The translations under genes and the position numbers were made by a program. Source: Turneriella sp. (lineage in GTDB: Bacteria > Spirochaetota > Leptospiria > Turneriellales > Turneriellaceae). Taken from it: a DNA stretch of 64,000 nt. The stretch lies in NCBI GenBank assembly GCA_965279515.1, contig CBDIID010000003.1, positions 4,224,001 through 4,288,000 on the forward strand, given 5' to 3'. A model generated the notes under the pieces. The model saw nothing but the letters and a program-made list of their open reading frames with translations, searched no databases and was not told where the DNA came from. This document shows, piece by piece, positions 10,000-19,655 of this stretch. Positions within the stretch are counted from its first letter, which is position 1. Every line of letters starts with the position of its first letter.

Positions 10000-11424
10000 C
10001 TATATTGCGGGCGCGTAGATGACGCCTGTCTTATCGACTTCATCGCCCGAACGGCCGTGGAAGCCGACGATCGCCATGCCGGCGGGAGCTTCAAAGGTAG
10101 TGCATTCTGAAGTCGTCGAGCCGCCAGCAAGCGTGCGGCCCGTGCTTGTCGTGTAGCGGACATAGTAGATGCGCGTATGGTCGTTCTTTTTCCCTGAACA
10201 AACATAGAGCGACTTCAGGTACTCGCCGCCCGAAAGAATCAGTTCTTTGTAAGAGCCACCGTTGCCACCGTGGATCAGCGCAGTGTTGTCGTTCAAGGCG
10301 GCGCCGAGGCGGTCCACACGCGATCCGGCACGGAGGAAAATTTTATTCACCTTAGGCGCAGCGGGTAGCAGATTGGCGTCATTGTAATTCGTGCCGTGCG
10401 GGCCGCCGAATTGCGCGCTCATCGCGCGGTTTGTCGCCGTGGTAATGTTCCAGCGCACTTCGAGTGGCTTATGGTCTGAGAGCGGCAGGCCAGTCGCGGG
10501 GTTTGTGAACAGTGCGTCGTCGAGAACATACGCCGTCGGGCTCAGCGCCACAAAGGCGTTATTGCGGTAGAGTACCTTGTCGACAATTTCGCACTGCGAC
10601 GAAACATAGCCCGACGCGCAGTCGGTGAGCGGCAGCGTGCCATTGACCGGTGGGACGCCGTCGCGCACCAAATCAATCCACACGTCGCGGAAGCCCGCGG
10701 CGAGAAAATCGTGCATGTTCTGTCCCGCGCGGGTATAACGCGTGTTGGTATCGCCGAAGATGACGACGGCATTGCCCGCGGAGTTCTCGTTGATGTAGTT
10801 CAGAAGCTGGGTGATATCGGATCTGCTGGCCGCGAGTGCCGCTTCATCCCACGATGCCGTGGAAAAGGGGTCGGTTTGCCCCGCTTGTGCATGCAGGTTG
10901 TAAAAGTCGACGGCGACGCCCGGGGCTATCCAGGTGCGCGCCATGGTAAAACCTTTCGGCGTCAGCGCATCGGGGCCAACGCGGTTGGTCCAGGTGACGC
11001 GGTCAAAATCACTGTAGGGAAAATTGCTCAGCTGGTTGAGACCCGAGCCGAACGGTACGCCGCCCGAGGTCGCAGAACGGTAGAGATGATTATCGCAGCT
11101 GTCGTAGAGGGTCGCATGGTAGTTGAAATCCTCCTGCACCTGAACGACGTCGTACGCGCGTATCAGGCAGCTGATGTAAGCTGTATTCTGTGTCGGGTCT
11201 GAACTCGAGAGAATTGCGGGCAAGCCGGCTACATTATAACTCAGCATCCGGAAATTGCCGCTGGTCTGGCCCACGGGCGAAGTGCTGACCAGGTATTTTT
11301 GCACAGCATCGCCGGCGAGCACCGGGCCCGCGGGGGGCAGATTATTCACGGCACAGCCGGTGATGACCCCGAAAGATATGAGAAGGCCCCAGCGGAGCCA
11401 TTTTCGATCGAATGTAGATTGCAT
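10000..11424 (-). CDS. Endonuclease/exonuclease/phosphatase-fold lipoprotein with C-terminal jacalin-like lectin domain
   Basis: SYNVAGLP, VQEDF, GDTN and SDH (EEP motifs); GGPHG, HGGNGG and GFHGRSGDEVD (jacalin). Confidence 0.85.
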   Translation of the reverse strand: MQSTFDRKWLRWGLLISFGVITGCAVNNLPPAGPVLAGDAVQKYLVSTSPVGQTSGNFRMLSYNVAGLPAILSSSDPTQNTAYISCLIRAYDVVQVQEDFNYHATLYDSCDNHLYRSATSGGVPFGSGLNQLSNFPYSDFDRVTWTNRVGPDALTPKGFTMARTWIAPGVAVDFYNLHAQAGQTDPFSTASWDEAALAASRSDITQLLNYINENSAGNAVVIFGDTNTRYTRAGQNMHDFLAAGFRDVWIDLVRDGVPPVNGTLPLTDCASGYVSSQCEIVDKVLYRNNAFVALSPTAYVLDDALFTNPATGLPLSDHKPLEVRWNITTATNRAMSAQFGGPHGTNYNDANLLPAAPKVNKIFLRAGSRVDRLGAALNDNTALIHGGNGGSYKELILSGGEYLKSLYVCSGKKNDHTRIYYVRYTTSTGRTLAGGSTTSECTTFEAPAGMAIVGFHGRSGDEVDKTGVIYAPAI

Positions 11425-11520
11425 GTTTCCTCCTGTCTTAGCGACGGGTGGAACATAACACGGCGGTAAGAGGATTTCGACCGGAGGGATTATCCGGACG
11501 TCCGGATCGTCATTGCAGGA

Positions 11521-11883
11521 CTAATCGGACATGCCGAAAAAGCGCATGACCTGCGCCTTAACGCGCTTCATGTCTGCGGGGGGCAGGCGGCCAATCTTTT
11601 TCATGATCAGCGCGTTCGCGATGGTGACAAATTTCATGCGTACGAGAGTCGGCTTGGGCAAACCTGCATCCGCATATTTTTGAATCAGTACGTCACCTTC
11701 ACGGGGCAATGTCACGACATTCGAGGTCATAAAAAGAATTGTGGTGTCGCCGGATTTATTGAATACTTTGGGTGAGATGACGAGCCCCGGGCGGCGTTTG
11801 GTTGTTTTTAGGTTAGTGAACGGAAATGGAAGAAGAACGATGTCGCCTTTATCAAAAGCGTCATAACGAATTATAGACTTCAT
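11521..11883 (-). CDS. PemK/MazF-family toxin
   Basis: KGDIVLLPFPFTNLKTTKRRPGLVIS and AGLPKPT; start 11883 or 11892 overlaps the antitoxin end. Confidence 0.88.
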   Translation of the reverse strand: MKSIIRYDAFDKGDIVLLPFPFTNLKTTKRRPGLVISPKVFNKSGDTTILFMTSNVVTLPREGDVLIQKYADAGLPKPTLVRMKFVTIANALIMKKIGRLPPADMKRVKAQVMRFFGMSD

Positions 11884-12103
11884 CTTCTTCATTATCCCAT
11901 TCGGCGAAACCGGTTTCCGCATATTTATACCAGGCATCGTCTTCTGCCGTGTATTTACGCAGCACGAGTTCGTTGCCGTGTGCGACGAAGAGCACTGCGT
12001 CGCCGTCGTGGATGTCGGCGATCTGCCGCATTGCAGAAGGGACGGTAATCTGGGCCTTGGATGAAATATGCGTCATCGTCGCGGGCATGGATAAAACAGA
12101 CAT
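11861..12103 (-). CDS. AbrB/MazE/SpoVT-family antitoxin
   Basis: ISSKAQITVPSAMR ... GDAVLF; acidic tail EWDNEEDEVY; AAGGAGG RBS. Confidence 0.85.
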   Translation of the reverse strand: MSVLSMPATMTHISSKAQITVPSAMRQIADIHDGDAVLFVAHGNELVLRKYTAEDDAWYKYAETGFAEWDNEEDEVYNSL

Positions 12104-12175
12104 TTTTCCTCCTTACTTTTTCTGGAATATATTTAAGCGCGTCACTTTCGCCCAGAAAAAGTAAGGCACCGCGCG

Positions 12176-14002
12176 TCAGGCCGCAGCGTGTCTGCCGGGC
12201 AGCCGGCGTATGCGCGGCGCCGGGTCGGCCGGCAAGGCGCGCCGCAGCTCTGCCATCGCCTGATCGGGATGCCCGAGATAGAAATGGGCGTGGGCCGACC
12301 AATACAGAGATTGCGCATCGGTCGCGCCGAGTTCGCCCAGGCGCCTGGCAAAGATACCCGCCAGTGAAAACTGGTGAATCTGCAGCGCGAGTTTCAGGCA
12401 GCCGATAGTCGCAGAGCGTCCGGTACTGCTTTCAGACATTGCCGCAAGTATACTCTCCGCCGCAGCCAGGTCGCCGGCCGAAACCGCATCACGCGCCTGG
12501 CGCAGGGCCGCTGCCGGGCGCAGGGCAAAGGGGCTTGCCAGCGGGCGGTAGGCGATGCGCACCAGGGACATGTCGTCGCTCACTTCACCCGAAGCGGCAA
12601 TTTGTTTTGCGATCGCATCGAGTTCTCCGCGGCTGCGTTCGACCGCGTGCAGAAATTTTTCCGCGTCTGTGTTGATGCGCATGCGGCCCGTTTTCTCCGC
12701 GGCCTGTACAATATCGTCGCGCCCGTCTGAGCCGATGATGAGGATATCCCCCGCTTGCAGACGGCCAGTATTGATTTTAAAATCTTCTTTAAACTCGGGC
12801 ATGCCGAGTTTTAACAGGCTGTGCTCGCTGCCGAGAAACCGGGCTGCCGCGCCGCGGTAAAGCACGGCACGCGGATGTTCCGCGCTGATCGAATAATATT
12901 CTCCCGTGGCATTATCAATCAGGAAAAAATACGCTGAGACCAGCATCGAGCAGTCGAAGGTTTCGAAAATTTTCTGCAATTCAATGACTGTCTGCCTGAG
13001 CCAGAATCCCGGGTCGCTGAGTTCCTGTGTCCGGGAGCGGTCGATGATCGCCTTAAATACCGCACCGAAGACGAGGCAGCCACCGGCGCCCTGGATCGAT
13101 TTTCCCATGGCATCCGCGTTGACGATGACGCTGATCGTTCTGCCGGGAAAATGCAGTGTGTACGCAAGCGACAGATCGCCGCCGATGGTCAACCGTTCGT
13201 TGCGGAATTCAAATTCCTTTTTCTGTTTTGTGAAGAAGCTGAGCTCAAGGCGCGAATCGCCCTCGGTAGCATTCACCGCGAGGGGTTTAATGAGTTGGTG
13301 GGTCAGGTAATAGTCGTGGTCCTGCTGTTCCTTGAGATCCTGCACCAGCTGCAGGTTCGCGGCGATTTCATTGCGTTCGTCGCGCGACTGTAATTCCGCT
13401 TTGATGAGTTCGACCCGGCGCTGGTAATCTTTCCCGCAGAGCACGGTCAGAAGGCCCAGATAGGGAACACTCATCGCTCCCAAAATGATATATCCCAACT
13501 CGCCCGTGAAGAACATGAGGTAGATGGAAATCGGTATGAGCCAGGGATAGGTAAAGAGAATAAAGATAAAACGATGGCAGGCGAGCGTGAAGGCGCTGGC
13601 GCCTGCGACCCCGACGACAAGCGCAACGATGGCAATCTGCATTTTCGGGTTCGCGACGCCGGGAAATTGGGCGAGAAATCCTATGCCCAAAAGTATGCCA
13701 TTGAGACAGGCGGAGATAACCGAGATGCCTACGCGCAGCCGCGTATCGCGGATGAGTTTTTCAGCCCTGAAGTGGTAGATGAGTATGGCGAGATTCCAGA
13801 TTCCCTGCACAATCATCCACGGAATGTATTTGCCGGCGCGCGAGTCGACGACGAGCATCGCATAGTAGAGAGTCAGGGCGGCGATGAGGCCGGCCATGGC
13901 AAAGCGCAGGTTGGCGAACATCTCAGAGGCGAGTATCTCATAGACAACCGCCGCCCAGGTGCGACCGACCGCCTTTTCGAGCGGCAAGGGAATAATAGCC
14001 AT
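12176..14002 (-). CDS. Membrane SpoIIE/PP2C-family phosphatase with C-terminal TPR-like helices
   Basis: About 6 TM; GGDL, NADAMGKS, AEHP, GSDGRDD and DDMS motifs. Confidence 0.8.
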   Translation of the reverse strand: MAIIPLPLEKAVGRTWAAVVYEILASEMFANLRFAMAGLIAALTLYYAMLVVDSRAGKYIPWMIVQGIWNLAILIYHFRAEKLIRDTRLRVGISVISACLNGILLGIGFLAQFPGVANPKMQIAIVALVVGVAGASAFTLACHRFIFILFTYPWLIPISIYLMFFTGELGYIILGAMSVPYLGLLTVLCGKDYQRRVELIKAELQSRDERNEIAANLQLVQDLKEQQDHDYYLTHQLIKPLAVNATEGDSRLELSFFTKQKKEFEFRNERLTIGGDLSLAYTLHFPGRTISVIVNADAMGKSIQGAGGCLVFGAVFKAIIDRSRTQELSDPGFWLRQTVIELQKIFETFDCSMLVSAYFFLIDNATGEYYSISAEHPRAVLYRGAAARFLGSEHSLLKLGMPEFKEDFKINTGRLQAGDILIIGSDGRDDIVQAAEKTGRMRINTDAEKFLHAVERSRGELDAIAKQIAASGEVSDDMSLVRIAYRPLASPFALRPAAALRQARDAVSAGDLAAAESILAAMSESSTGRSATIGCLKLALQIHQFSLAGIFARRLGELGATDAQSLYWSAHAHFYLGHPDQAMAELRRALPADPAPRIRRLPGRHAAA

Positions 14003-14066
14003 GCCAGAGCATAAGATATCCCGGGCGTTTTGTCGTCCGAAATGTATTTTCGGACGCGGTTATGTG

Positions 14067-14474
14067 TCAGAGTTTTTTGTTGCAGGCGGCTTTATAGCCC
14101 AGCGAGCAGGCCTTGGCAAACAGGGCCGCTGCCTTCTTCAGATCTTTCGCAGTGCCGCGGCCGTATTGATATAGCAGTGCCAGTTCTTTGCAGCCCTCTT
14201 GGTCGCCGGCATTGCAGCCTTTTTCAAACAGCGGTTTCGCCTTCGTATAATCTTTTTTATGGCCCCAGGTGCCGAAAGCATAGAAGATGCCTTCGCGCGT
14301 GCATGAATGCGCTTTGCCCGCATCACACTCACGTTGGTAGCGCAGCGGGTCTTTGTCCATTTCTGATTTCATTTTATGATGGGCGTCAATAATCGTGTCT
14401 TTGTCTGATTTGGCGACACCTGCGGTGCTGATGGCGAGGGGGATGACCACGGCATAGAGAAAAAATTCACGCAT
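14067..14474 (-). CDS. Secreted Sel1-repeat (Cys-bridged, HcpA-like) protein
   Basis: Signal peptide; KDYTKAKPLFEKGC and KDLKKAAALFAKAC repeats. Confidence 0.82.
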   Translation of the reverse strand: MREFFLYAVVIPLAISTAGVAKSDKDTIIDAHHKMKSEMDKDPLRYQRECDAGKAHSCTREGIFYAFGTWGHKKDYTKAKPLFEKGCNAGDQEGCKELALLYQYGRGTAKDLKKAAALFAKACSLGYKAACNKKL

Positions 14475-14517
14475 GTGTCGCCCTTAACCCTGACGGGGCC
14501 GCGTCAAGAACAGTAGG

Positions 14518-15045
14518 TTAGTTTGATCGCAAGCCTTCAAGCAAGACGGCGACCAGGTCTGTGAGTTGTTTCGTGCGTTTCTGGTCCCGGCGTTCCAGCA
14601 CCATTTTCGGATGGTGGAAAGACATCGTCGTTTCGAGCAATAAGTCGGCGATTTTTTCCGCGTTGTTCCTGTGGATTTCCTTTTCGGCGATTGCGCGGGC
14701 AATGAGACCTGAAAGCTGCGCATGCACCACGGCGAGATGGCGCGCGACATAGGGTTTGGCGATTTCCAGGCCGGCATTGAAACATTTAAAGAGTTCAATA
14801 TCTTTCAGCACCTTTTGGAGTTTCAGGGCATGGTATTTCTGAAACCAGGCCTGGATCAGCTTTGTGGGTGAATCTTTTTTCGCCGCGATGCGCCCAAGCT
14901 CATCGTCGATGTGCGTGAGCCAGCGCTCTGAGATCGCATCGAGCAACGCGGCCTTGTCGGGAAAATGGTTGTAGAGCGCGGCGTGGCTGACCTTGAGCTC
15001 GTGCGCAATGTCGGTGAGATGGAATTTTTCAAACCCGAAACGGCG
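14518..15045 (-). pseudogene. TetR-family regulator lacking its N-terminus and start codon
   Basis: HTH RRFGFEKFHLTDIAHELKVSHAALYNHFPDK is in frame above the ORF call; no start codon before an in-frame TGA at about 15110. Confidence 0.8.
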
Positions 15046-15192
15046 TTGGGCCGCGTGGGCTTGCCCGACGACATCGGCGGGGTGATTGCGGCGCTTCTCG
15101 GTGAAGGTTCAAAGTGGATCAACGCACAGCGCATAGAAGTGTCGGGGGGGAATTTTCGTTTAAAAGTTCTTCTTAAGATTGTTAAAGATTAA
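15037..15192 (+). pseudogene. C-terminal fragment of an SDR oxidoreductase
   Basis: ETALGRVGLPDDIGGVIAALLGEGSKWINAQRIEVSGG is a classic SDR C-terminus; Rossmann fold and catalytic part are absent. Confidence 0.82.
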
Positions 15193-15982
15193 GCCGGGGG
15201 AAATCCTTAGCGAACTGGCCGTTTGCTATCAGATCAACCCGGCCACCAACGGAGATTTTATCCTCATCTGTCTGGTTATCCAGCAATAGTTCTCCGCGTG
15301 ATTGCGCGTTACCTGATCCTTGTCTAATCTTCCATTTTGTCCGGGGTAACAATGCGGCAAGGCCTGCAACGGCACCTCCTGTCGAGGCATCTTCTTTGCC
15401 GTCGAGTGACACTGTGAATACCCGCAAATCCACCTCTTTTTCGTTGCAATATGCATAATAGCACAGCCCACTCAGCTGATTTTCTTTACAGATATGCATA
15501 ACCTCAGCTGGTTCATGCTGCAGGGTTTTGAGCTGTTCAGGTTCCATTCGCCGGAATAAGCGGCGCCTTCCGCTATCAATGATAGTGCCTAGGTGCTCTG
15601 GCCCTGCGCTTGATTGGATCCGGTTTCGTGGTATTTCAAACCATGAATGGCCCGGCGAATTTTCAAATGCTAAGGTGGTGACGTTACCAGTTTGGCTGAG
15701 GAATTCGATCCGCCCCGCCAACCCGTACGCGCGCCTCAGCACACTATCCGCTGCGATAAATCCCTGGCCGCAAAATGCCATTTCACCTTCCCATGGCGAA
15801 AAAAAGCGGATGCTCACATTCTTTGCCTGGATATTTATGAACGCGGTATCCGGTGCCCGCAATGCTCGAGCTGCCGCAGCGTAGTCCCGTTCATTTTGTA
15901 CCGGCGAATCGAATACGACACAAGTGGCATTTCCCTCTGCGCCGTTACCGACGAATGCGTTGACCCACCAGACTTCATTCAT
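15182..15982 (-). CDS. PhzF/diaminopimelate-epimerase-like protein (divergent)
   Basis: VNAF, GNATCVV, DTAF, IRFFSP, FCGQG and EDASTGG; ATG 15982 overlaps the upstream stop. Confidence 0.78.
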   Translation of the reverse strand: MNEVWWVNAFVGNGAEGNATCVVFDSPVQNERDYAAAARALRAPDTAFINIQAKNVSIRFFSPWEGEMAFCGQGFIAADSVLRRAYGLAGRIEFLSQTGNVTTLAFENSPGHSWFEIPRNRIQSSAGPEHLGTIIDSGRRRLFRRMEPEQLKTLQHEPAEVMHICKENQLSGLCYYAYCNEKEVDLRVFTVSLDGKEDASTGGAVAGLAALLPRTKWKIRQGSGNAQSRGELLLDNQTDEDKISVGGRVDLIANGQFAKDFPRLNL

Positions 15983-16445
15983 GCCGCTTATTCTGCTCCT
16001 TCGCAGCCATTTGAAAATCCACGAATGCGGTTTCCCAATTTTCGCCATCAAAATGGTGTATCGTGGGTTTACTTGCGGCCATGTTGAAATCATCAAGGCA
16101 GTTGACATTGATGGCATAAAGGTGGGGAGCAGCGCGCGGATGAGAAAATACGTGAATACCGCAAACCGGGCAAAAACAGTGCCTGGCGATAAAAGTACCA
16201 AACTGGTATTCGCCGACTGAATTTGGGTCTGTCAGTAAGGTAAAATTTTGTGGCGAAACACGATAGTGCAATACCCCCTTTTTACGGCAAATCGAGCAGT
16301 TACATTTCGTCACGCTTTCAATGACTGCCTTCACGGAGAAAAGAATGCGACGGCAATGGCAGCTACCGTGGTAAGTATTCATCGCGTTCTCAGGATCGGT
16401 ATGTAATTTCTTTTCCAAATGCTCCTCTTCTCCTTCAGTCATCAA
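15975..16445 (-). CDS. GFA/CENP-V family Zn-binding protein
   Basis: GSCHC, CNCSICRK, FCPVCG and FDGENWE; start may be 16382. Confidence 0.88.
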   Translation of the reverse strand: MMTEGEEEHLEKKLHTDPENAMNTYHGSCHCRRILFSVKAVIESVTKCNCSICRKKGVLHYRVSPQNFTLLTDPNSVGEYQFGTFIARHCFCPVCGIHVFSHPRAAPHLYAINVNCLDDFNMAASKPTIHHFDGENWETAFVDFQMAAKEQNKRHE

Positions 16446-16986
16446 AAAACCTTTCGAGTAATAAATAAGACTCTTTTATGCGGACCACCTCAGGCTGTAT
16501 GAGCCATTGCAGAAAAATACCGTCGAGAGCACCGATGAAAACAGTGATGAGGTCCCTGTTCCCTTCATTATCAGGCAAGGAGAGATTTACCAGCACATAT
16601 TGGCGAAATTTTCCGAACAGTTCCTGAATTTTTTTCCGCATTTTTTTATTGTCGCGCTTTTGCAGTAAGAAGGATAAGATGATGACGTTGATTTCGGGAC
16701 GCTTCACGCAAAAATCAGCATACTTTCCGAGAAATATCCGTAATTTTTCTTTGCGCGTCTTGCAATTTTGAAAGTCGATCTGTAGTTTTTCCACGAAGTC
16801 CTGAAAAATCAGGTCCATGCAAGCGAGCAGCAAACCTTCTTTGCTCTTAAAATGCCAGAAAATACTGCCGCGCGAAATTTTAGCGTTTTTTGCGACGTCG
16901 TCGAGGGAGATCGTGTCAGGGGTACTGTTGGCCAGCAATCTCAGGGTTTCACGCATAATAAGGATAGGCGTCTCTGACTTTTGCAC
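16435..16986 (-). CDS. TetR/AcrR-family transcriptional regulator
   Basis: SLDDVAKNAKISRGSIFWHFKSKEGL HTH; start assumed at GTG 16986. Confidence 0.85.
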   Translation of the reverse strand: MQKSETPILIMRETLRLLANSTPDTISLDDVAKNAKISRGSIFWHFKSKEGLLLACMDLIFQDFVEKLQIDFQNCKTRKEKLRIFLGKYADFCVKRPEINVIILSFLLQKRDNKKMRKKIQELFGKFRQYVLVNLSLPDNEGNRDLITVFIGALDGIFLQWLIQPEVVRIKESYLLLERFFDD

Positions 16987-17013
16987 TCTAGACTGACGAG
17001 TCAGTATAGAGTG
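16984..17013. promoter_or_regulatory. Candidate TetR autoregulatory operator
   Basis: CACTCTAGACTGAC-GA-GTCAGTATAGAGTG: 14-bp arms, 1 mismatch, overlapping the TetR start. Confidence 0.65.
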
Positions 17014-17186
17014 ACTTGTCAAGAAATTTATAGGGTCTGGCTGGGTCTGGCAAGATTGCCCAGAGGGCAACTGTCTCGACGCGTCGATGCAAATCGACGC
17101 GTTTTTTGTTTACGGCCTGACGTAACCGGGGATATCCGCCTTAACGTGCATATGCACGTATAAACTGTAGTATAAGGCAGGTAATT

Positions 17187-18428
17187 ATGGCAGAAGCATA
17201 TATAGTCGATGCAATCCGCACGCCGCGTGCGCGCGGCAATAAAAGAGGATCTCTCGCCGATGTCCATCCGCAAGAGCTCGTCGCAGGTCTACTCAATGAG
17301 TTGCCCAGACGCAACAAGTCGCTCAAGGTAGATAAAATCAATGATGTTATTTTAGGCTGCGTGACGCAGGTCGGCGATCAGGCCGCATGCATCGCGCGTT
17401 ATGGTGTGATGGCGGCGCAGTGGCCGCAGGATGTACCCGGCTATACCGTGAATCGTTTTTGCGGTTCGGGCCTTCAGGCCGTGAACGACGCGGCTGCTTA
17501 TATCAAGGGCGGCACTTTTGATCTCGTCGTTGCTGGCGGTGTCGAATCGATGAGCCGTTGCAAGATGGGCTCTGACGCGGGCGAAGTGACTGAAGAGAAC
17601 ATGGCGACGGGCATGTCGATCGGCAATCCGAAAATCGCTGCTCACTACAACCTCGTACCACAGGGTATTTCGGCCGATATCATCGCGACAAAATATAACA
17701 TCACGCGCGAAGAGGCCGACCAGTTTGCCGCATCGTCGCAAAAAAAAGCCGACGAAGCAATCAAAGACGGCCGTTTTAAGAACTCGGTGATTCCCGTTAA
17801 GAAAGATGACGGCACCGTTGTCGACAAAGATGAATACCCGAACGCAAAATGGGATTTCGCATACCTGTCGCGCATGCCGGCTCTGTTCCGCGGCGTGGGT
17901 GAAAAAGTTTTTGATGCTATGGCGCTCAAAACTTACCCCGAACTCGGCAAGATCAACCACATCCACGGCGGCGGCAATGCCTCGGGCGTCGTCGACGGCG
18001 CAGGAGTCGTGCTGCTCGCATCAGAAGCTGCTGTCAAAGAGCACGGCCTCAAGAAGCGTGCGCGCATCGTTTCCATGGCTGTCTCTGGCGAAGAGCCAAC
18101 GATCATGCTGACGGGCCCTGTCTCGGCTTCGAAAAAAGCACTCGAACAGGCTGGCCTCAAAGTTGAAGACATTGACCTCTGGGAAATCAACGAGGCGTTT
18201 GCCGCGGTTCCTCTCTATGTGCAGAAACAACTGAACATTCCATCAGAGAAAATCAATGTGAACGGCGGATCGATCGCCCTCGGACACCCGCTGGGTGGTA
18301 CGGGAGCTATCCTCCTGGGTACTGCAGTCGATGAGCTCGAACGCCGCAAAGCGCGTTACGCTCTCATCACGCTCTGCATCGGCGGCGGTATGGGCATCGC
18401 CACGATTATTGAGCGCGTCGAAGGATAA
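17187..18428 (+). CDS. Acetyl-CoA C-acyltransferase (thiolase)
   Basis: NRFCGSG, EINEAF, GHPLG and CIGGGMG. Confidence 0.95.
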   Translation: MAEAYIVDAIRTPRARGNKRGSLADVHPQELVAGLLNELPRRNKSLKVDKINDVILGCVTQVGDQAACIARYGVMAAQWPQDVPGYTVNRFCGSGLQAVNDAAAYIKGGTFDLVVAGGVESMSRCKMGSDAGEVTEENMATGMSIGNPKIAAHYNLVPQGISADIIATKYNITREEADQFAASSQKKADEAIKDGRFKNSVIPVKKDDGTVVDKDEYPNAKWDFAYLSRMPALFRGVGEKVFDAMALKTYPELGKINHIHGGGNASGVVDGAGVVLLASEAAVKEHGLKKRARIVSMAVSGEEPTIMLTGPVSASKKALEQAGLKVEDIDLWEINEAFAAVPLYVQKQLNIPSEKINVNGGSIALGHPLGGTGAILLGTAVDELERRKARYALITLCIGGGMGIATIIERVEG

Positions 18429-18437
18429 TTCAAAACC

Positions 18438-18467
18438 CCGCGCAGCAGCCGCTGCGCGGTGAATTTT
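18438..18467 (+). terminator. Probable intrinsic terminator after the thiolase
   Basis: CCGCGCAGC-AGCC-GCTGCGCGG stem followed by a weak T tract. Confidence 0.5.
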
Positions 18468-18554
18468 CAATAAAAAAATCTGATTGAGAGGAAATCCCCG
18501 CCGCAGGTTTTGGGATTGACCGCCTCTATATGCCGGGACAGCGATTGTACAGCT

Positions 18555-19631
18555 ATGCTGCACAAATCCGGGTTCGTTTTCTTTATTCTGATCCAGGTGT
18601 CTTGTGCCCAATCGTGGGGAAAATTTTGGGAACTCCATGATAGCGGCAGTACCGCCGTTTACCGCCTCATTGCGGATACGGGGCAAACGTTCTGCGCCAG
18701 CGGCGCGATCGGCGAAAGCGCCATGATGTCTTGTAACGGATTGCCCATCAGCGGGCAGGATGGCCATTTCGTGAATATTCCGAATGCGCGTTCGTTTTCC
18801 GGCCCAACGGCTTTTGGCGGAACGACGCAGCGCACGACGCGGGACAATCTGACGGGTCTTACCTGGAAGACCTGTGCCGAGGGTTACAGCGATCCGGGCT
18901 GCACCGCAGGACCTGCGAGTACATCGGATTGGCATAATGCACCGAATTTCTGCGCTGCGCTCAACGTGGCTAACTATGGGGGAATCAATACCTGGCGGTT
19001 ACCGAGCATCGAAGAGTTTCAGACGATTATGTATTATGGCGGCACCGCCCCGTTTATCGAGACAGCTTATTTTACGGCGGCGGATACCGGGGTGTACTGG
19101 GCTTCTAATACGAGCGCGGCGAATTCGAATAACGCCTGGATTGCCAGTTTTAATTTTGGCTGGGCCGACACGCAGCCCAAAGCGACGGCGTCGGGTAGAA
19201 CTCGCTGCGTTTCGGGTGCAGGATTGAAAACCGCGGCCTACCGCGATAATAACGATGGCACCGTAAGCGATTTGAGTACGCGGCTGCGCTGGCAAAAATG
19301 CAATGCGGGGTTTGATGCGCTGAGTTGTACGGGCACGGTTTCGAATCTCACGTGGCAGGCCGCTTTAACGTATTGCCAGGGCCTTTCTCTTGCGGCGCGC
19401 TCCTGGCGGTTACCCAATGTGAACGAGCTAGCCAATCTTGTGGATTATTCCATGGCGAGCCCCGCCATTAATTCGACATATTTTCCCAATACGGAGCTCA
19501 ATCTGCATTGGGCATCGACCAGCGATACAGGCACAACAAATGCCGTGAACGTTAGCTTCAGCCTGGGTTTTATGGGTAGTGGCGTGAAAAGCGGAACGAC
19601 GATGCCGATACGCTGTGTGGCGACAGAATAA
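18555..19631 (+). CDS. Tandem DUF1566 (Lcl C-terminal) domain exported protein
   Basis: DTGQT, DNLTGLTWKTC, WRLPSIEE, DNNDGTVSD, WRLPNVNEL and IRCV; signal or lipobox QVS-C. Confidence 0.85.
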   Translation: MLHKSGFVFFILIQVSCAQSWGKFWELHDSGSTAVYRLIADTGQTFCASGAIGESAMMSCNGLPISGQDGHFVNIPNARSFSGPTAFGGTTQRTTRDNLTGLTWKTCAEGYSDPGCTAGPASTSDWHNAPNFCAALNVANYGGINTWRLPSIEEFQTIMYYGGTAPFIETAYFTAADTGVYWASNTSAANSNNAWIASFNFGWADTQPKATASGRTRCVSGAGLKTAAYRDNNDGTVSDLSTRLRWQKCNAGFDALSCTGTVSNLTWQAALTYCQGLSLAARSWRLPNVNELANLVDYSMASPAINSTYFPNTELNLHWASTSDTGTTNAVNVSFSLGFMGSGVKSGTTMPIRCVATE

Positions 19632-19655
19632 AGAACGACCGCCCAAGCCCACTCT

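Noticed and set aside
18555..19631. DUF1566 protein as a diversity-generating retroelement target
   Set aside because: No reverse transcriptase and no template repeat matching its 3' end was seen in the window.
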